From NCBI GenBank assembly GCA_965242495.1, contig OZ251446.1, positions 540,844-604,843 on the forward strand: 64,000 nucleotides of DNA, in the 5' to 3' direction. Of this stretch, positions 35,543 through 45,050 are shown in pieces. The notes below the pieces were generated by a model. The model searched no databases. It saw only the letters and a list, made by a program, of their open reading frames with translations, and was not told the origin of the DNA. The translations under genes and the position numbers were made by a program. The DNA comes from Alphaproteobacteria bacterium (GTDB lineage Bacteria > Pseudomonadota > Alphaproteobacteria > MPNO01). Numbering within the stretch: the stretch's first letter is position 1; every line of letters starts with the position of its first letter.

Positions 35543-36820
35543 TCAGCCTTTCGCCGCCGCCGCGCGTTGTCCGATGTCCCGGCGGTAAAATCCGCCCGGC
35601 CAGCTTATCGCATCGACTGCGAGATAGGCGCGCGCCCTCGCATCGGCGATGGTTCCGCCACGCGCCGTAACGCTCAGCACACGGCCGCCGTCGGCGAGAA
35701 CGCGGCCGTCGTCTTGCCGGGTGGCGGCATGGAAGACATGCACGCCTTCGATCGCCCGCGCGACGTCGAGGCCCGTAATTTCGCCGCCGGTTTCATGAGG
35801 GCCGGGATAGCCGTCGGACGCCATCACCACGGCCAGCGCGGCTTCGTCGCGCCAGCGCAGATCGAACATGTCGAGCACGCCGTCCCGGGTCGCCAGCAGA
35901 GCCGGCAGCAGATCGGATTTCAGACGCGCGAGCAGGACCTGGCATTCAGGGTCGCCGAAGCGGACATTGTATTCCAGCAGGCGGGGCTCGCCGTCCGCGA
36001 TCATCAGCCCGGCGTAGAGCACGCCCCGATAACTGCGCCCCTGGTCGCGCATCGCCGCGACGGTCGGCAGGACGATCCGATCCATGACCCGCCCCGCCGT
36101 TTCTTCGGTGACCACGGGCGCCGGCGAATAGGCGCCCATCCCCCCGGTGTTCGGGCCGACGTCTCCGTCGCCGGCGCGCTTGTGATCCTGCGCCGCCGCC
36201 AGCGGCAACGCGGTCGAGCCATCCACCAGCGCGAAGAAGCTTGCTTCTTCGCCAGCCAGAAAGTCTTCGACCACGATCTCGGCCCCGGCGGATCCGAAGA
36301 CTCCGCGCATCAGAATGTCGTCCACCGCGGCATCGGCGGCGGCGTGTGTTTCGGCGACGACGACTCCTTTGCCGGCGGCGAGACCGTCGGCTTTGACGAC
36401 GATCGGCATCGGCCGACTGCGGATGTGGCTCTTGGCCGCGGCCGGGTCGCGGAAACGCGCATAGGCGGCGATAGGAATGCCCTGCCGGGCGCAGAGATCC
36501 TTGGTGAACCCCTTCGAGCCTTCGAGCGCCGCGGCCGCGGCGCTCGGTCCGAAGACCCTGACGCCCGCCGCCTCCAGCTCGTCCGCCAGCCCCGCGACCA
36601 GCGGACCTTCGGGGCCCACGACCGCGAAGTCGACCGCGAGGTCCTTCGCGGTCTCGACCAACCCAGCCGCGTCGTCGACCGACACCGGCAGGCATTGCGC
36701 GTGCTCGGCGATACCGGCGTTGCCGGGGGCGCAGTAGAGCCTGTCCGCCAAAGGCGACGCGGCGATCGCCCAACACAGCGCATGTTCGCGGCCGCCGGAG
36801 CCGATCACCAGGACGTTCAT
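35543..36820 (-). CDS. purD: phosphoribosylamine--glycine ligase
   Basis: [38 protein letters not shown]…, a full-length ATP-grasp protein. Confidence 0.95.
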   Translation of the reverse strand: MNVLVIGSGGREHALCWAIAASPLADRLYCAPGNAGIAEHAQCLPVSVDDAAGLVETAKDLAVDFAVVGPEGPLVAGLADELEAAGVRVFGPSAAAAALEGSKGFTKDLCARQGIPIAAYARFRDPAAAKSHIRSRPMPIVVKADGLAAGKGVVVAETHAAADAAVDDILMRGVFGSAGAEIVVEDFLAGEEASFFALVDGSTALPLAAAQDHKRAGDGDVGPNTGGMGAYSPAPVVTEETAGRVMDRIVLPTVAAMRDQGRSYRGVLYAGLMIADGEPRLLEYNVRFGDPECQVLLARLKSDLLPALLATRDGVLDMFDLRWRDEAALAVVMASDGYPGPHETGGEITGLDVARAIEGVHVFHAATRQDDGRVLADGGRVLSVTARGGTIADARARAYLAVDAISWPGGFYRRDIGQRAAAAKG

Positions 36821-36858
36821 GCGCGCCGCCTTCCCACCGAATCCGCGTCCAACGTAGT

Positions 36859-38352
36859 ATGCGAGTCGCGATGACGGACAGGCCGGCCGATCCGCCTCCC
36901 GCGAGCAACCTCGCCGAATATACGGTCGGCGAGGTCGCGCAAGCCGTCAAGCGGACGCTGGAAGGCGCTTTCGGCCATGTGCGGGTCCGCGGCGAAGTCG
37001 GCCGCCCCAACTATCACTCGTCGGGTCACCTTTACTTCACGCTCAAGGACGAAAGCGCGGCCCTCGACGCGGTGTGCTGGCGTTCGACCGCCAGCCGGCT
37101 GACGCTGCGGCTGGAGGAGGGGATGGAGGTCGTCTGCACCGGCCGCGTCTCCTCCTATCCGCGCAGCTCGCGCTACCAGATCGTCGTCGATGCAGTGGAG
37201 CCGGCAGGCGAGGGCGCGCTGCTCAAGCTCCTGCAGGAACGCCGCCGCCGTCTCGAGGCGGAGGGTCTGTTCGACTCGGCGCGCAAGAAACGGCTACCCT
37301 TCCTGCCCGAGGTGATCGGCATCGTCACCTCTCCCACCGGCGCGGTGATTCGCGACATCCTGCATCGCCTCGACGATCGTTTCCCGCGTCGCGTCCTGTT
37401 GTGGCCGGTCCCGGTCCAGGGCGACCGCGCGGCGGAAAGCGTGGCCGCGGCGATCGAGGGGTTCGACCGGCTTGCGCCCGGGGGTGCGCCGCCCCGGCCC
37501 GACGTCGTGATCGTGGCCCGAGGCGGCGGGAGCCTGGAAGACCTCTGGGCCTTCAACGACGAGATCGTGGCGCGCGCGGCGGCGGCCTCGCGGATTCCGA
37601 TCGTCTCGGCGATCGGGCACGAAACCGATACGACCCTCATCGATCATGCCGCGGACATGCGGGCGCCGACGCCGACTGCGGCGGCGGAGCTGGCGGTGCC
37701 GGTCCGGGCCGAGCTGCTCGCCCGCGTGCTCGACGGCGAGCGCCGGATGATGGCCGGCGCGGGTCGGCTGCTGGCCGAGCGGGCGACGCGGCTCGACGGC
37801 CTCGGGCGCGGCCTGCCGGAGCCGCGCCGGCTGCTCGAACAGGCGGATCAGAGCCTCGACTCCGAGGTCGATCGACTGCGCGTCGCAGTGCGGAGCTTTT
37901 TTCAGTCGCGTTCGGGGCTGATCGAACGGCGCGGGGCGGGGCTGCGCCATCCGCGCGAACTGCTGGCGCTCGCACAGACAGGCATCGAGCAGCTCCGTAT
38001 TCGGCTGATACAGGCGCTCGGCGCCTCGATCCGCGCACGCCGCGGTCAGCTCGATGCGCTCGATGCGGTAGGGCGTCTGCGATCCGGGATGGCCCGCGCC
38101 GTCCGCGATACGGAGAACCGCTTGCGAGGGGCTGAGAAACTGCTCGATAGCCTGTCCTACGAGCGGGTGCTGGAACGCGGCTATGCAGTCGTCCGCGATC
38201 GCGCGGGCGCGCCGATGACCCGCGCGGCGGCGGCTCCGCCGGGCGCCGGGGTGACGATTCAGTTCAGCGACGGCGCGCGCGGCGCGAAGCTGGATGCGGG
38301 CGGCGATGCGAAGCGCGCGCCGGCAGGCGATCCGCAGGAGCGGCTGCTGTGA
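36859..38352 (+). CDS. xseA: exodeoxyribonuclease VII large subunit
   Basis: An OB-fold N-terminus (…[44 protein letters not shown]…) followed by the catalytic domain. Confidence 0.9.
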   Translation: MRVAMTDRPADPPPASNLAEYTVGEVAQAVKRTLEGAFGHVRVRGEVGRPNYHSSGHLYFTLKDESAALDAVCWRSTASRLTLRLEEGMEVVCTGRVSSYPRSSRYQIVVDAVEPAGEGALLKLLQERRRRLEAEGLFDSARKKRLPFLPEVIGIVTSPTGAVIRDILHRLDDRFPRRVLLWPVPVQGDRAAESVAAAIEGFDRLAPGGAPPRPDVVIVARGGGSLEDLWAFNDEIVARAAAASRIPIVSAIGHETDTTLIDHAADMRAPTPTAAAELAVPVRAELLARVLDGERRMMAGAGRLLAERATRLDGLGRGLPEPRRLLEQADQSLDSEVDRLRVAVRSFFQSRSGLIERRGAGLRHPRELLALAQTGIEQLRIRLIQALGASIRARRGQLDALDAVGRLRSGMARAVRDTENRLRGAEKLLDSLSYERVLERGYAVVRDRAGAPMTRAAAAPPGAGVTIQFSDGARGAKLDAGGDAKRAPAGDPQERLL

Positions 38353-39167
38353 GAGCACTCGTCGTCGCGGCGCTGGCCGTCCTGCTCTCGGGATTTGCGG
38401 ACGCCGGAACCGCCTGCCTGCGCCTTGACGGCCCGATGGTCCAGGGCGGGTTGATACAAGGTTTGGCGCCGCCTGGCGCGCGGGTGGCGCTCGACGGCCG
38501 CCCGCTGCGGGTCGCCGCGGACGGCCTGTTCCTGTTCGGCTTCGGCCATGACGCGCCGCCGCGCGCTCTGCTGACCGCGACCTGCCCCGATGGGCGCGAG
38601 GTTGCGACGAGTCTCCAGGTCGGCCGGCGCGCCTACGACGTCCAGCGCATCGACGGCCTGCCCGCGCGGCAGGTCACGCCGTCGGCCGAAGACATGCGGC
38701 GCATCCGGCGGGAATCGCGGCTGATCCATGTCGCGCGCGCCCGCGACAGCGACGCAGCGTGGTTTCGCGAGGGTTTCGTCTGGCCGGTCGAGGGTATCGT
38801 CTCCGGCGTTTACGGCAGCCGGCGAATCCTCAACGGCCAGCCGCGCCGACCCCATCTCGGCATCGACATCGCCGCGCCGCGCGGAACGTCGGTCGTGGCG
38901 GCCTCCCGCGGCGTGGTCGCCCTCGCACGGCGCGACATGTTTTTCACCGGCGGGACGGTGATCGTCGATCACGGGTCGGGGATCAATTCGATCTACTCGC
39001 ATCTGAGCGAGATCGACGTCGAGCCGGGAGATCGGGTAGCCGGCGGCGAACGGATCGGCGCAGTGGGCTCGACCGGGCGGTCGACGGGCCCGCATCTCGA
39101 TTGGCGGGTCAACCTGTTCCAGACCCGCCTGGATCCGATGCTGTTGGTCGGGCCGACGCCGCGCTGA
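38349..39167 (+). CDS. M23-family metallopeptidase (signal peptide)
   Basis: …HLGIDIAAPRGTSVVAASRGVV…GGTVIVDHGSGINSIYSHLS…GAVGSTGRSTGPHLDW…, carrying the HxxxD and HxH motifs. Confidence 0.8.
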   Translation: MRALVVAALAVLLSGFADAGTACLRLDGPMVQGGLIQGLAPPGARVALDGRPLRVAADGLFLFGFGHDAPPRALLTATCPDGREVATSLQVGRRAYDVQRIDGLPARQVTPSAEDMRRIRRESRLIHVARARDSDAAWFREGFVWPVEGIVSGVYGSRRILNGQPRRPHLGIDIAAPRGTSVVAASRGVVALARRDMFFTGGTVIVDHGSGINSIYSHLSEIDVEPGDRVAGGERIGAVGSTGRSTGPHLDWRVNLFQTRLDPMLLVGPTPR

Positions 39168-39230
39168 CCTGCGCCCGCTCTTCCACTTCGCTATATTCCG
39201 GCTATGTCCGGGCGGGAGCGGTGATACGGC

Positions 39231-40349
39231 ATGGCGGTGATTCATCCGTTCGGCACCGTTCACTTCGATTTCGGCGCCATCTCCCATCTCGGTGCGGCCT
39301 GCGAGGAACTCGGCATCCGCCGGCCGCTGCTCGCGACCGATCCGAACATCGTCGCCGCCGGGATCCTCGACAGGGCAAGGGCGGCGCTGCCGGCTACGGT
39401 CGCCGCCGCCGAGTTCACCGAACTTCCCGAACACCCCACCGTCGCCGGCGTGGACGCCAGCCTGGCGGCGTTCCGCGCCCATGATTGCGACGGCTTCGTG
39501 GCGATCGGCGGCGGCTCGGTCATCGACAACTGCAAGGCGGCAGCGATCCTGACCGGCAATCCCGGCCCTCTGGAGCAATATGCGGGCAACTCCGGCAAGG
39601 CGACGGGCGAGACGGCCCCCATCGTCGCGGCGCCCACCACCGCGGGCACCGGCTCGGAGGTCACCCGCGGCGCCGGCATCCATCCCGCGCACGGCGCACG
39701 GGAGTTCGGCGTCGGCGGGCCGAAGGTGTTGCCGAAGATCGCCATCTGCGACCCCGAATTGACGATCGGGCTACCGCGGCGGCTGACCGCGGGGACAGGC
39801 ATGGACGCGCTCGGCCATTGCGTCGAAGGGTTCCTGTCGCCCTCGATCAACCCGCCGGTCGATGCGATCGCCCTCGACGGCATTCGCCGCGCCGCCGCCT
39901 TCATCGAACGGGCGGTCGAGGACGGGACCGACCGCGAGGCGCGGTGGCATATGATGATGGCCGCCCTGGAGGGCGGCATGGCGATTTCCAAGGGTCTCGG
40001 CATCGCCCACGCGCTGTCGATGACGTTCAGCGATTCGGACCTCCATCACGGCGCGCTGGTGACCTTGTCGTTGCCTGCGGTCATCCGCTTCGTCGCCGGT
40101 TCGGTGGGCGACAAGATGGACCGCCTCGCCGAAGCGCTGGACGTGAACGGCGGCGGCGCCGTCGCAGACGCGATCGCCCGGCTCAACCGGCGCGTCGGGC
40201 TGCCTGCGAGCGTCCGCGCGATGGGGTACGGCAACAACGACCTGGAGTCGATGGCGGCGTTCGCGGTCGAATCCCGGTTCAACGACACGAGCCCGCGAAA
40301 ACCGGATCCTGGGGAGTATCGCGACATCCTCCTCGAGGTCCTGGGTTAG
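39231..40349 (+). CDS. iron-containing (group III) alcohol dehydrogenase family protein
   Basis: …GFVAIGGGSVIDNCKAAA…, with a GGGS dinucleotide motif and His-rich metal-site region (…GMDALGHCVEG…). Confidence 0.85.
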   Translation: MAVIHPFGTVHFDFGAISHLGAACEELGIRRPLLATDPNIVAAGILDRARAALPATVAAAEFTELPEHPTVAGVDASLAAFRAHDCDGFVAIGGGSVIDNCKAAAILTGNPGPLEQYAGNSGKATGETAPIVAAPTTAGTGSEVTRGAGIHPAHGAREFGVGGPKVLPKIAICDPELTIGLPRRLTAGTGMDALGHCVEGFLSPSINPPVDAIALDGIRRAAAFIERAVEDGTDREARWHMMMAALEGGMAISKGLGIAHALSMTFSDSDLHHGALVTLSLPAVIRFVAGSVGDKMDRLAEALDVNGGGAVADAIARLNRRVGLPASVRAMGYGNNDLESMAAFAVESRFNDTSPRKPDPGEYRDILLEVLG

Positions 40350-40368
40350 GCGGGGCAGGGGGAGACTC

Positions 40369-42066
40369 ATGACTGACAAACCTCGTATCGCCCATCTCGC
40401 GGGACCCAACGCCACGATCGGCAACAGCCCGCCTCTGGTGACCAGCAACAAGGCGCGACGCCAATACGGCTTGGCGCCGATGATCGGCCCGGACGGGAGC
40501 GAGCCCCGCTTCGACGTGCTCCGGCCGCAGCGATTGGCGGCGCCGGCGACGGTCTATGTCGAGCAGTTCAGCGCCCATCCGCTGGAGCGCGACGCCGCCG
40601 CTCTCTACGCGCCGCCCGACGGCTACGTCGATTCCGAAGGGGCGTTCCACGACGCCCGGCGGAACGACGACGATACGCCCGTCTACCGGGTCGAGCTTCG
40701 CCCTGAGGACGGCTTGCTGCCGCTTCCCTATATGGCGCGCCAAGCCGACGGCAGCCCCTGGGAGGACGACTGCGCGTTCCCCGGCGCGCCGGCCGAGCGT
40801 TCACGGCAAGCTTACTATCCGGACGGCGCGCGCATGTTCGAGGAGATCGACCGGTTCGGCATCGACGATCACGGTCACGGCAGCCTGATCTCATCGCGCG
40901 CCGACATCGACTTCTATCGAATCATCCCACCCGGCGGTTACACCAAGGGCTTGCCAGCGAACGAGCGGACCGATATCGGGGAGGGCGACATCCCACCCGA
41001 GACGATGGGCCGCGACTTCTTCGCCTACCGTCCGCTCCACCTCGCCGCTTCGCCGGCGCGGGAGGCCCTGGCCCGGATCGTCAACCGGGTCCAGCGGGTG
41101 CTGGACGACGGGCGCTATCTCGGCGCCATCTGGACCCAGGGAAGCCCGCGCATCGAGGAGACGATGTATCTCCTCGGCCTGTTCCTGGACACGACTCTCC
41201 CGGTCTGCGGCAACGCGGCGCAGCGGACGTTGGGCGAGATCAGCAACGACGGACCCAAGAACATCGTCGACTCCGTGGAATATATCGCATCGCGCGTCTG
41301 GGCCGACGAGCACGGGCGCAACAAGGCCGGCCTCGTCCTGATCCAGGAACAGCAGATCTTCGCCGCCCGCGACGTGCAGAAGGGCGACGCGCGCCCGGGC
41401 GGCTACGTCACGACCGGCGGCCACGGCGGATTGCTGGGCGCGGTCCGCCACAATCAGCCGCCGATCCTCACATATCTGCCGGGTTGCCGGCATACCTACC
41501 TGTCCGACGTGAACCGCTCGCGCCTCCCGGCGACGGTCCAAGGCCTCCTGCGCAGGGACGGCCGGATGGTCCCGGTCGACGTGGCGATCAAGAACGAGTC
41601 GGGCGACTTGACGGAGGACGGCGTCCCCAAGGTCGGTATCGTCAAGGACGGGAACTACACCGCGGATTCGCAGGACAGCGGGCCGGGGCGCGAAGTCGAT
41701 ATCGTTGCGCTCATCGAAGACAATCTGCAGCATGCGCCGCTTGCTGGTTTCGTCGTCGAGGGGCAATCCCCCTACGGCACGATGACCAATTCGGCGCGCA
41801 ACAGGCTCATGACCCGCGCCGTCTACAGCGGCATGCCCGTCGTCCGCGTCGGGCGCGGCAACAATGACGGCTTCACGCCCGGCGGCGCCGGCTATATCGG
41901 CGGCGGCAACCTCACGGCGACCAAGGCGCGGCTCCTGTTGATCGCCTGCCTGATGAAATTCGGCGCCCTGCCGGCGGCGGCCGATCCCGACCGGCCGACC
42001 GCGGCGGAAACCGAAGCCGTCATGGCCAAGGTCGCGATCTATCAGGAAGTGTTCGATACCCATTGA
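40369..42066 (+). CDS. L-asparaginase/glutaminase-family protein with a large (~230 aa) insertion between the N-terminal nucleophile strand and the rest of the fold
   Basis: The C-terminus …SGMPVVRVGRGNNDGF…GNLTATKARLLLIACLM… and the middle …TQGSPRIEETMYLLGLFLDTTLPVCGNAAQRTLGEISNDGPKNIVDSV… align to the asparaginase motifs (THGTDTMEETAYFL, …PVVMVGAMRP…ADGPFNLYNAV, …GIPVVRSSR…KARVLLQLAL). N-terminus: PRIAHLAGPNATIGNS. At 565 aa it is far larger than the usual ~330 aa. Confidence 0.6.
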   Translation: MTDKPRIAHLAGPNATIGNSPPLVTSNKARRQYGLAPMIGPDGSEPRFDVLRPQRLAAPATVYVEQFSAHPLERDAAALYAPPDGYVDSEGAFHDARRNDDDTPVYRVELRPEDGLLPLPYMARQADGSPWEDDCAFPGAPAERSRQAYYPDGARMFEEIDRFGIDDHGHGSLISSRADIDFYRIIPPGGYTKGLPANERTDIGEGDIPPETMGRDFFAYRPLHLAASPAREALARIVNRVQRVLDDGRYLGAIWTQGSPRIEETMYLLGLFLDTTLPVCGNAAQRTLGEISNDGPKNIVDSVEYIASRVWADEHGRNKAGLVLIQEQQIFAARDVQKGDARPGGYVTTGGHGGLLGAVRHNQPPILTYLPGCRHTYLSDVNRSRLPATVQGLLRRDGRMVPVDVAIKNESGDLTEDGVPKVGIVKDGNYTADSQDSGPGREVDIVALIEDNLQHAPLAGFVVEGQSPYGTMTNSARNRLMTRAVYSGMPVVRVGRGNNDGFTPGGAGYIGGGNLTATKARLLLIACLMKFGALPAAADPDRPTAAETEAVMAKVAIYQEVFDTH

Positions 42067-43049
42067 CGGGGCGCCGGTTCGCCCGCGGCCGCGGCGGCGA
42101 GCAACGCTTCGATCGCCTCCGGATCTTCCCATTCGACCGCGACGCGCAGGATTTCGACCATCGCGCGCGCCCCAGGCGGCAGGCGCACCGCATCCTTGGC
42201 CGTGGTCACCGGCCTAGCCTCCTGCGCGGCGGCGCGCTCGACCAACCTCATTACCTGTTGCTCGGTATAGACGTGATGGTCCGGAAAGGCGTGCGCCGCG
42301 ACGACATCGCAGCGCAGCTCGTCGAGGGTGCGGAAGAATTTGGCCGGCCGCGCGATCCCGGCGAAGGCGAGGACGCGCCGGCCGGCTAGGCCGCAGGATT
42401 GCGGGCCCGGTCGTAGCCGGGCGCGCAGGACTGGCAGCCGCGATGCAAGTTCGTCCCCGTAGCCGAGCCGATCCGGCTCCAGCAGGACGACGGCATCCGC
42501 ACGGCCGAGCGCATCGTCCAGGGATTCCCGCAACGGGCCGGCCGGCAACAGACGGCCGTTGCCCACCCCGTAGCCGCCGTCGAGAACCAGCAGCGACGAC
42601 TGCTTGACGAGGCCGGGGTTCTGGAGCCCATCGTCCATAACGACGATCCGCGCGCCCGCCGCGGCCGCCGCGCGGGCCCCGGCCACTCGGTCGCGCGCCA
42701 CCCAGCTGGGCGCCACGTCGGCGAGCAGGAGCGCCTCGTCGCCCACATCGCCGACGCAGTGGCGGTGAGGATCGACCCGCACGGGGCCGCGTAGCCGGCC
42801 TCGGTAGCCGCGGGTGAGAAAGTGCGGCCGGTCGCCGGCGCGGGCGAGCGCGCCGCCGATCGACAAGGCGACCGGCGTCTTGCCTGCGCCGCCGGCGACG
42901 ACGTTGCCGACGCAGACGACGGGCGTCGGCGCGAACCGGCCGCCGATCAGACGTCGGCGGGCTCGGCCGACGGCCCCGTAGGCGACGCCGAGGGGCGCGA
43001 GGAGGCGCGAAGACAGGCCGTCCCGGTCCCAGAAGTCAGGCGTGCGCAT
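42042..43049 (-). CDS. lpxK: tetraacyldisaccharide 4-prime-kinase
   Basis: A P-loop (…VCVGNVVAGGAGKTP…) and LpxK-family length and arrangement, positioned upstream of waaA. Confidence 0.85.
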   Translation of the reverse strand: MRTPDFWDRDGLSSRLLAPLGVAYGAVGRARRRLIGGRFAPTPVVCVGNVVAGGAGKTPVALSIGGALARAGDRPHFLTRGYRGRLRGPVRVDPHRHCVGDVGDEALLLADVAPSWVARDRVAGARAAAAAGARIVVMDDGLQNPGLVKQSSLLVLDGGYGVGNGRLLPAGPLRESLDDALGRADAVVLLEPDRLGYGDELASRLPVLRARLRPGPQSCGLAGRRVLAFAGIARPAKFFRTLDELRCDVVAAHAFPDHHVYTEQQVMRLVERAAAQEARPVTTAKDAVRLPPGARAMVEILRVAVEWEDPEAIEALLAAAAAGEPAPRQWVSNTS

Positions 43050-44340
43050 ACCGCTTCGCGATGCCGGCGGCGCCGACCGCGGCGTCGAGATAGGGCGCCA
43101 GCTCGCGGACGACGGCGTCGAGAACGCCGGCCTTGGCCGCGGCCACGCGCCGCCCGGCTGCGATGCGCCGGCGGCGCTCGTCCCGATCTTCGATCAGCTT
43201 CTCGACCTCGGCCGCGATCTCGCCGGCGGTCGTCCGCTCGGCCGTAGCCCCAGCGGCGGCCATCTCCGCCGCGATGGCCTGGAAATTCGTCATATACGGG
43301 CCGTGAACGACGGGACAGCCGAGCCGGGCCGGTTCGAGGATGTTCTGCCCGCCATGGGGCACCAGAGAGCCGCCGACGAACGCCGCGCGGGCCAGGCGAT
43401 AATAGACGCCGAGCTCGCCGATGCCGTCGGCGACGTAGACCTGGATTTCCGGCGTCACCCGTTCCGCCGCGGATTTCAGCCCCGTTGCGACGCCATTGGC
43501 GCGCAGCCGCGCGGCGATCCCGACGCCGCGCGAGGGGTGTCGAGGAACGATGACGGTGAGCACGTTCGGCCGCCGCGACCGGAGGATGCCGTGGGCGGCG
43601 GCGATCACCGCCTCTTCTCCTTCATGCGTGCTGGCGGCGAGCCAGGTGGGGCGGCCGTCGATCGCGCGAGTCTCGGCAGCCAGCGCTTCGGCGGCCGCGG
43701 GCAGGGGGGCGGCGGCGAACTTCAAATTCCCCGGCGCGCGAACCGGACCGGCGCCGAGCGCCCGAATCCTGGCCGCGTCCTCCTCGGTCTGGGCGAGGCA
43801 GAGATCGAAATTCGCCAACAGCTTCTCGACCAGGCCCGGCAGACGGCGCCAGCCTTTGTAGGATCGGGGCGATAACCGGGCATTGACGAGGATCGCCGGG
43901 ATCCCGCGATCGCCGATCTCGTGCAGAAGGTTGGGCCAGAACTCGGACTCCGCCCACAGCACGACGTCCGGCCGCCAATAATCCAAAAAACGGCGCACCC
44001 AGCGGAGACAGTCGAGAGGAGCGTATTGATGCAGTACGCGCGGCGGCAGACGGGTCGCCAGGAGTCGAGCAGAGGTCACGGTGCCTGTGGTCAGGACGAA
44101 TCCGAGCGCGGGGCGCTCGACGTCGAGCCGCTCGACCAGGGACAGCAGCGAGAGCGATTCGCCGACGCTCGCGGCGTGAATCCACATCACCGGTCCGGCC
44201 GGGCGAACGGCCGAGGGCGCGCCGAAACGCTCTGAGATGCGCGCCGGGTCTTCTTTCCCGTTGCGCGCCCGATGGCCCAGATAGCCGCGCAGGAAGGGCG
44301 CGGCTATCCCGCTTGCGGCGCGATAGAGGGCGAGCGTCAT
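43036..44340 (-). CDS. waaA: 3-deoxy-D-manno-octulosonic acid (Kdo) transferase
   Basis: The true start is the ATG at 44338-44340 (MTLALYRAASGIAAPFLRGYL…). The 246 codons upstream in track ORF 43036..45078 are antisense filler. Start and stop overlap as ATGA. Confidence 0.85.
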   Translation of the reverse strand: MTLALYRAASGIAAPFLRGYLGHRARNGKEDPARISERFGAPSAVRPAGPVMWIHAASVGESLSLLSLVERLDVERPALGFVLTTGTVTSARLLATRLPPRVLHQYAPLDCLRWVRRFLDYWRPDVVLWAESEFWPNLLHEIGDRGIPAILVNARLSPRSYKGWRRLPGLVEKLLANFDLCLAQTEEDAARIRALGAGPVRAPGNLKFAAAPLPAAAEALAAETRAIDGRPTWLAASTHEGEEAVIAAAHGILRSRRPNVLTVIVPRHPSRGVGIAARLRANGVATGLKSAAERVTPEIQVYVADGIGELGVYYRLARAAFVGGSLVPHGGQNILEPARLGCPVVHGPYMTNFQAIAAEMAAAGATAERTTAGEIAAEVEKLIEDRDERRRRIAAGRRVAAAKAGVLDAVVRELAPYLDAAVGAAGIAKRYAHA

Positions 44341-45047
44341 CGGGATTCGCGGGATACCTCGGGCGCAGCCGGTATCGGCGTGAAGCCGAAACGCAGGTCG
44401 AGGTCGCGGGTGAGCGCGTTCAACCGGTCCTCCAGCTCCCGCCGGGTCGCCTCCACGGCGCCCGCGCAAGACGGCGGCGCGATCGGCTCGCCGACCGCGA
44501 TCACACCCCGGGCGGCGGGCATCGGCAGAACGAACCGATCCCAGCTCGACATGACGCGGCGCCGCGATGCGGCGTAGCTGAGCGGAACGATCGGCGCCTG
44601 GGCCAGACGCGCAGCATGCACGGCCCCCGTGCCGGCGCGCATACGCGGTCCGCGCGGCCCGTCCGGCGTCATCCCGACATACTGCCCCGATTTCAGCGCT
44701 TTGACGATGCCGCGCAACGCGCCGCCGCCGCCTCGGGACGACGAACCGGCGATCATTCCCATGCCCAGATGCCGCACCGTCTGCGCGACGAACTGGCCGT
44801 CGGGATGGAGAGAGGCCACGACGCTCATGCGCGCTTCGTAGCGCCAGACGATCGGCATCATCAACAGCCGACCGTGCCAGAAACAGGCGATGAAGGTCTC
44901 GCGGCGTTCGACGAGCCGCTCCAGACGCTCGGCGTGCTCCACCGTCCAGCGCCCCGACGCGCGGACCAACTGGATATAGCGCGCTGCGCTCCGGTATCCG
45001 ATCTCGCGGACCGCCCGCATGCGCGCCAGCCGGCGGAGGATGGCCAA
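44337..45047 (-). CDS. DUF374-family lysophospholipid acyltransferase-like protein (commonly linked to waaA/msbA)
   Basis: 236 aa: …FIACFWHGRLLMMPIVW…GMTPDGPRGP…, an LPLAT-like H-x4-D-type arrangement. Confidence 0.65.
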   Translation of the reverse strand: MAILRRLARMRAVREIGYRSAARYIQLVRASGRWTVEHAERLERLVERRETFIACFWHGRLLMMPIVWRYEARMSVVASLHPDGQFVAQTVRHLGMGMIAGSSSRGGGGALRGIVKALKSGQYVGMTPDGPRGPRMRAGTGAVHAARLAQAPIVPLSYAASRRRVMSSWDRFVLPMPAARGVIAVGEPIAPPSCAGAVEATRRELEDRLNALTRDLDLRFGFTPIPAAPEVSRESR

Positions 45048-45050
45048 TGC

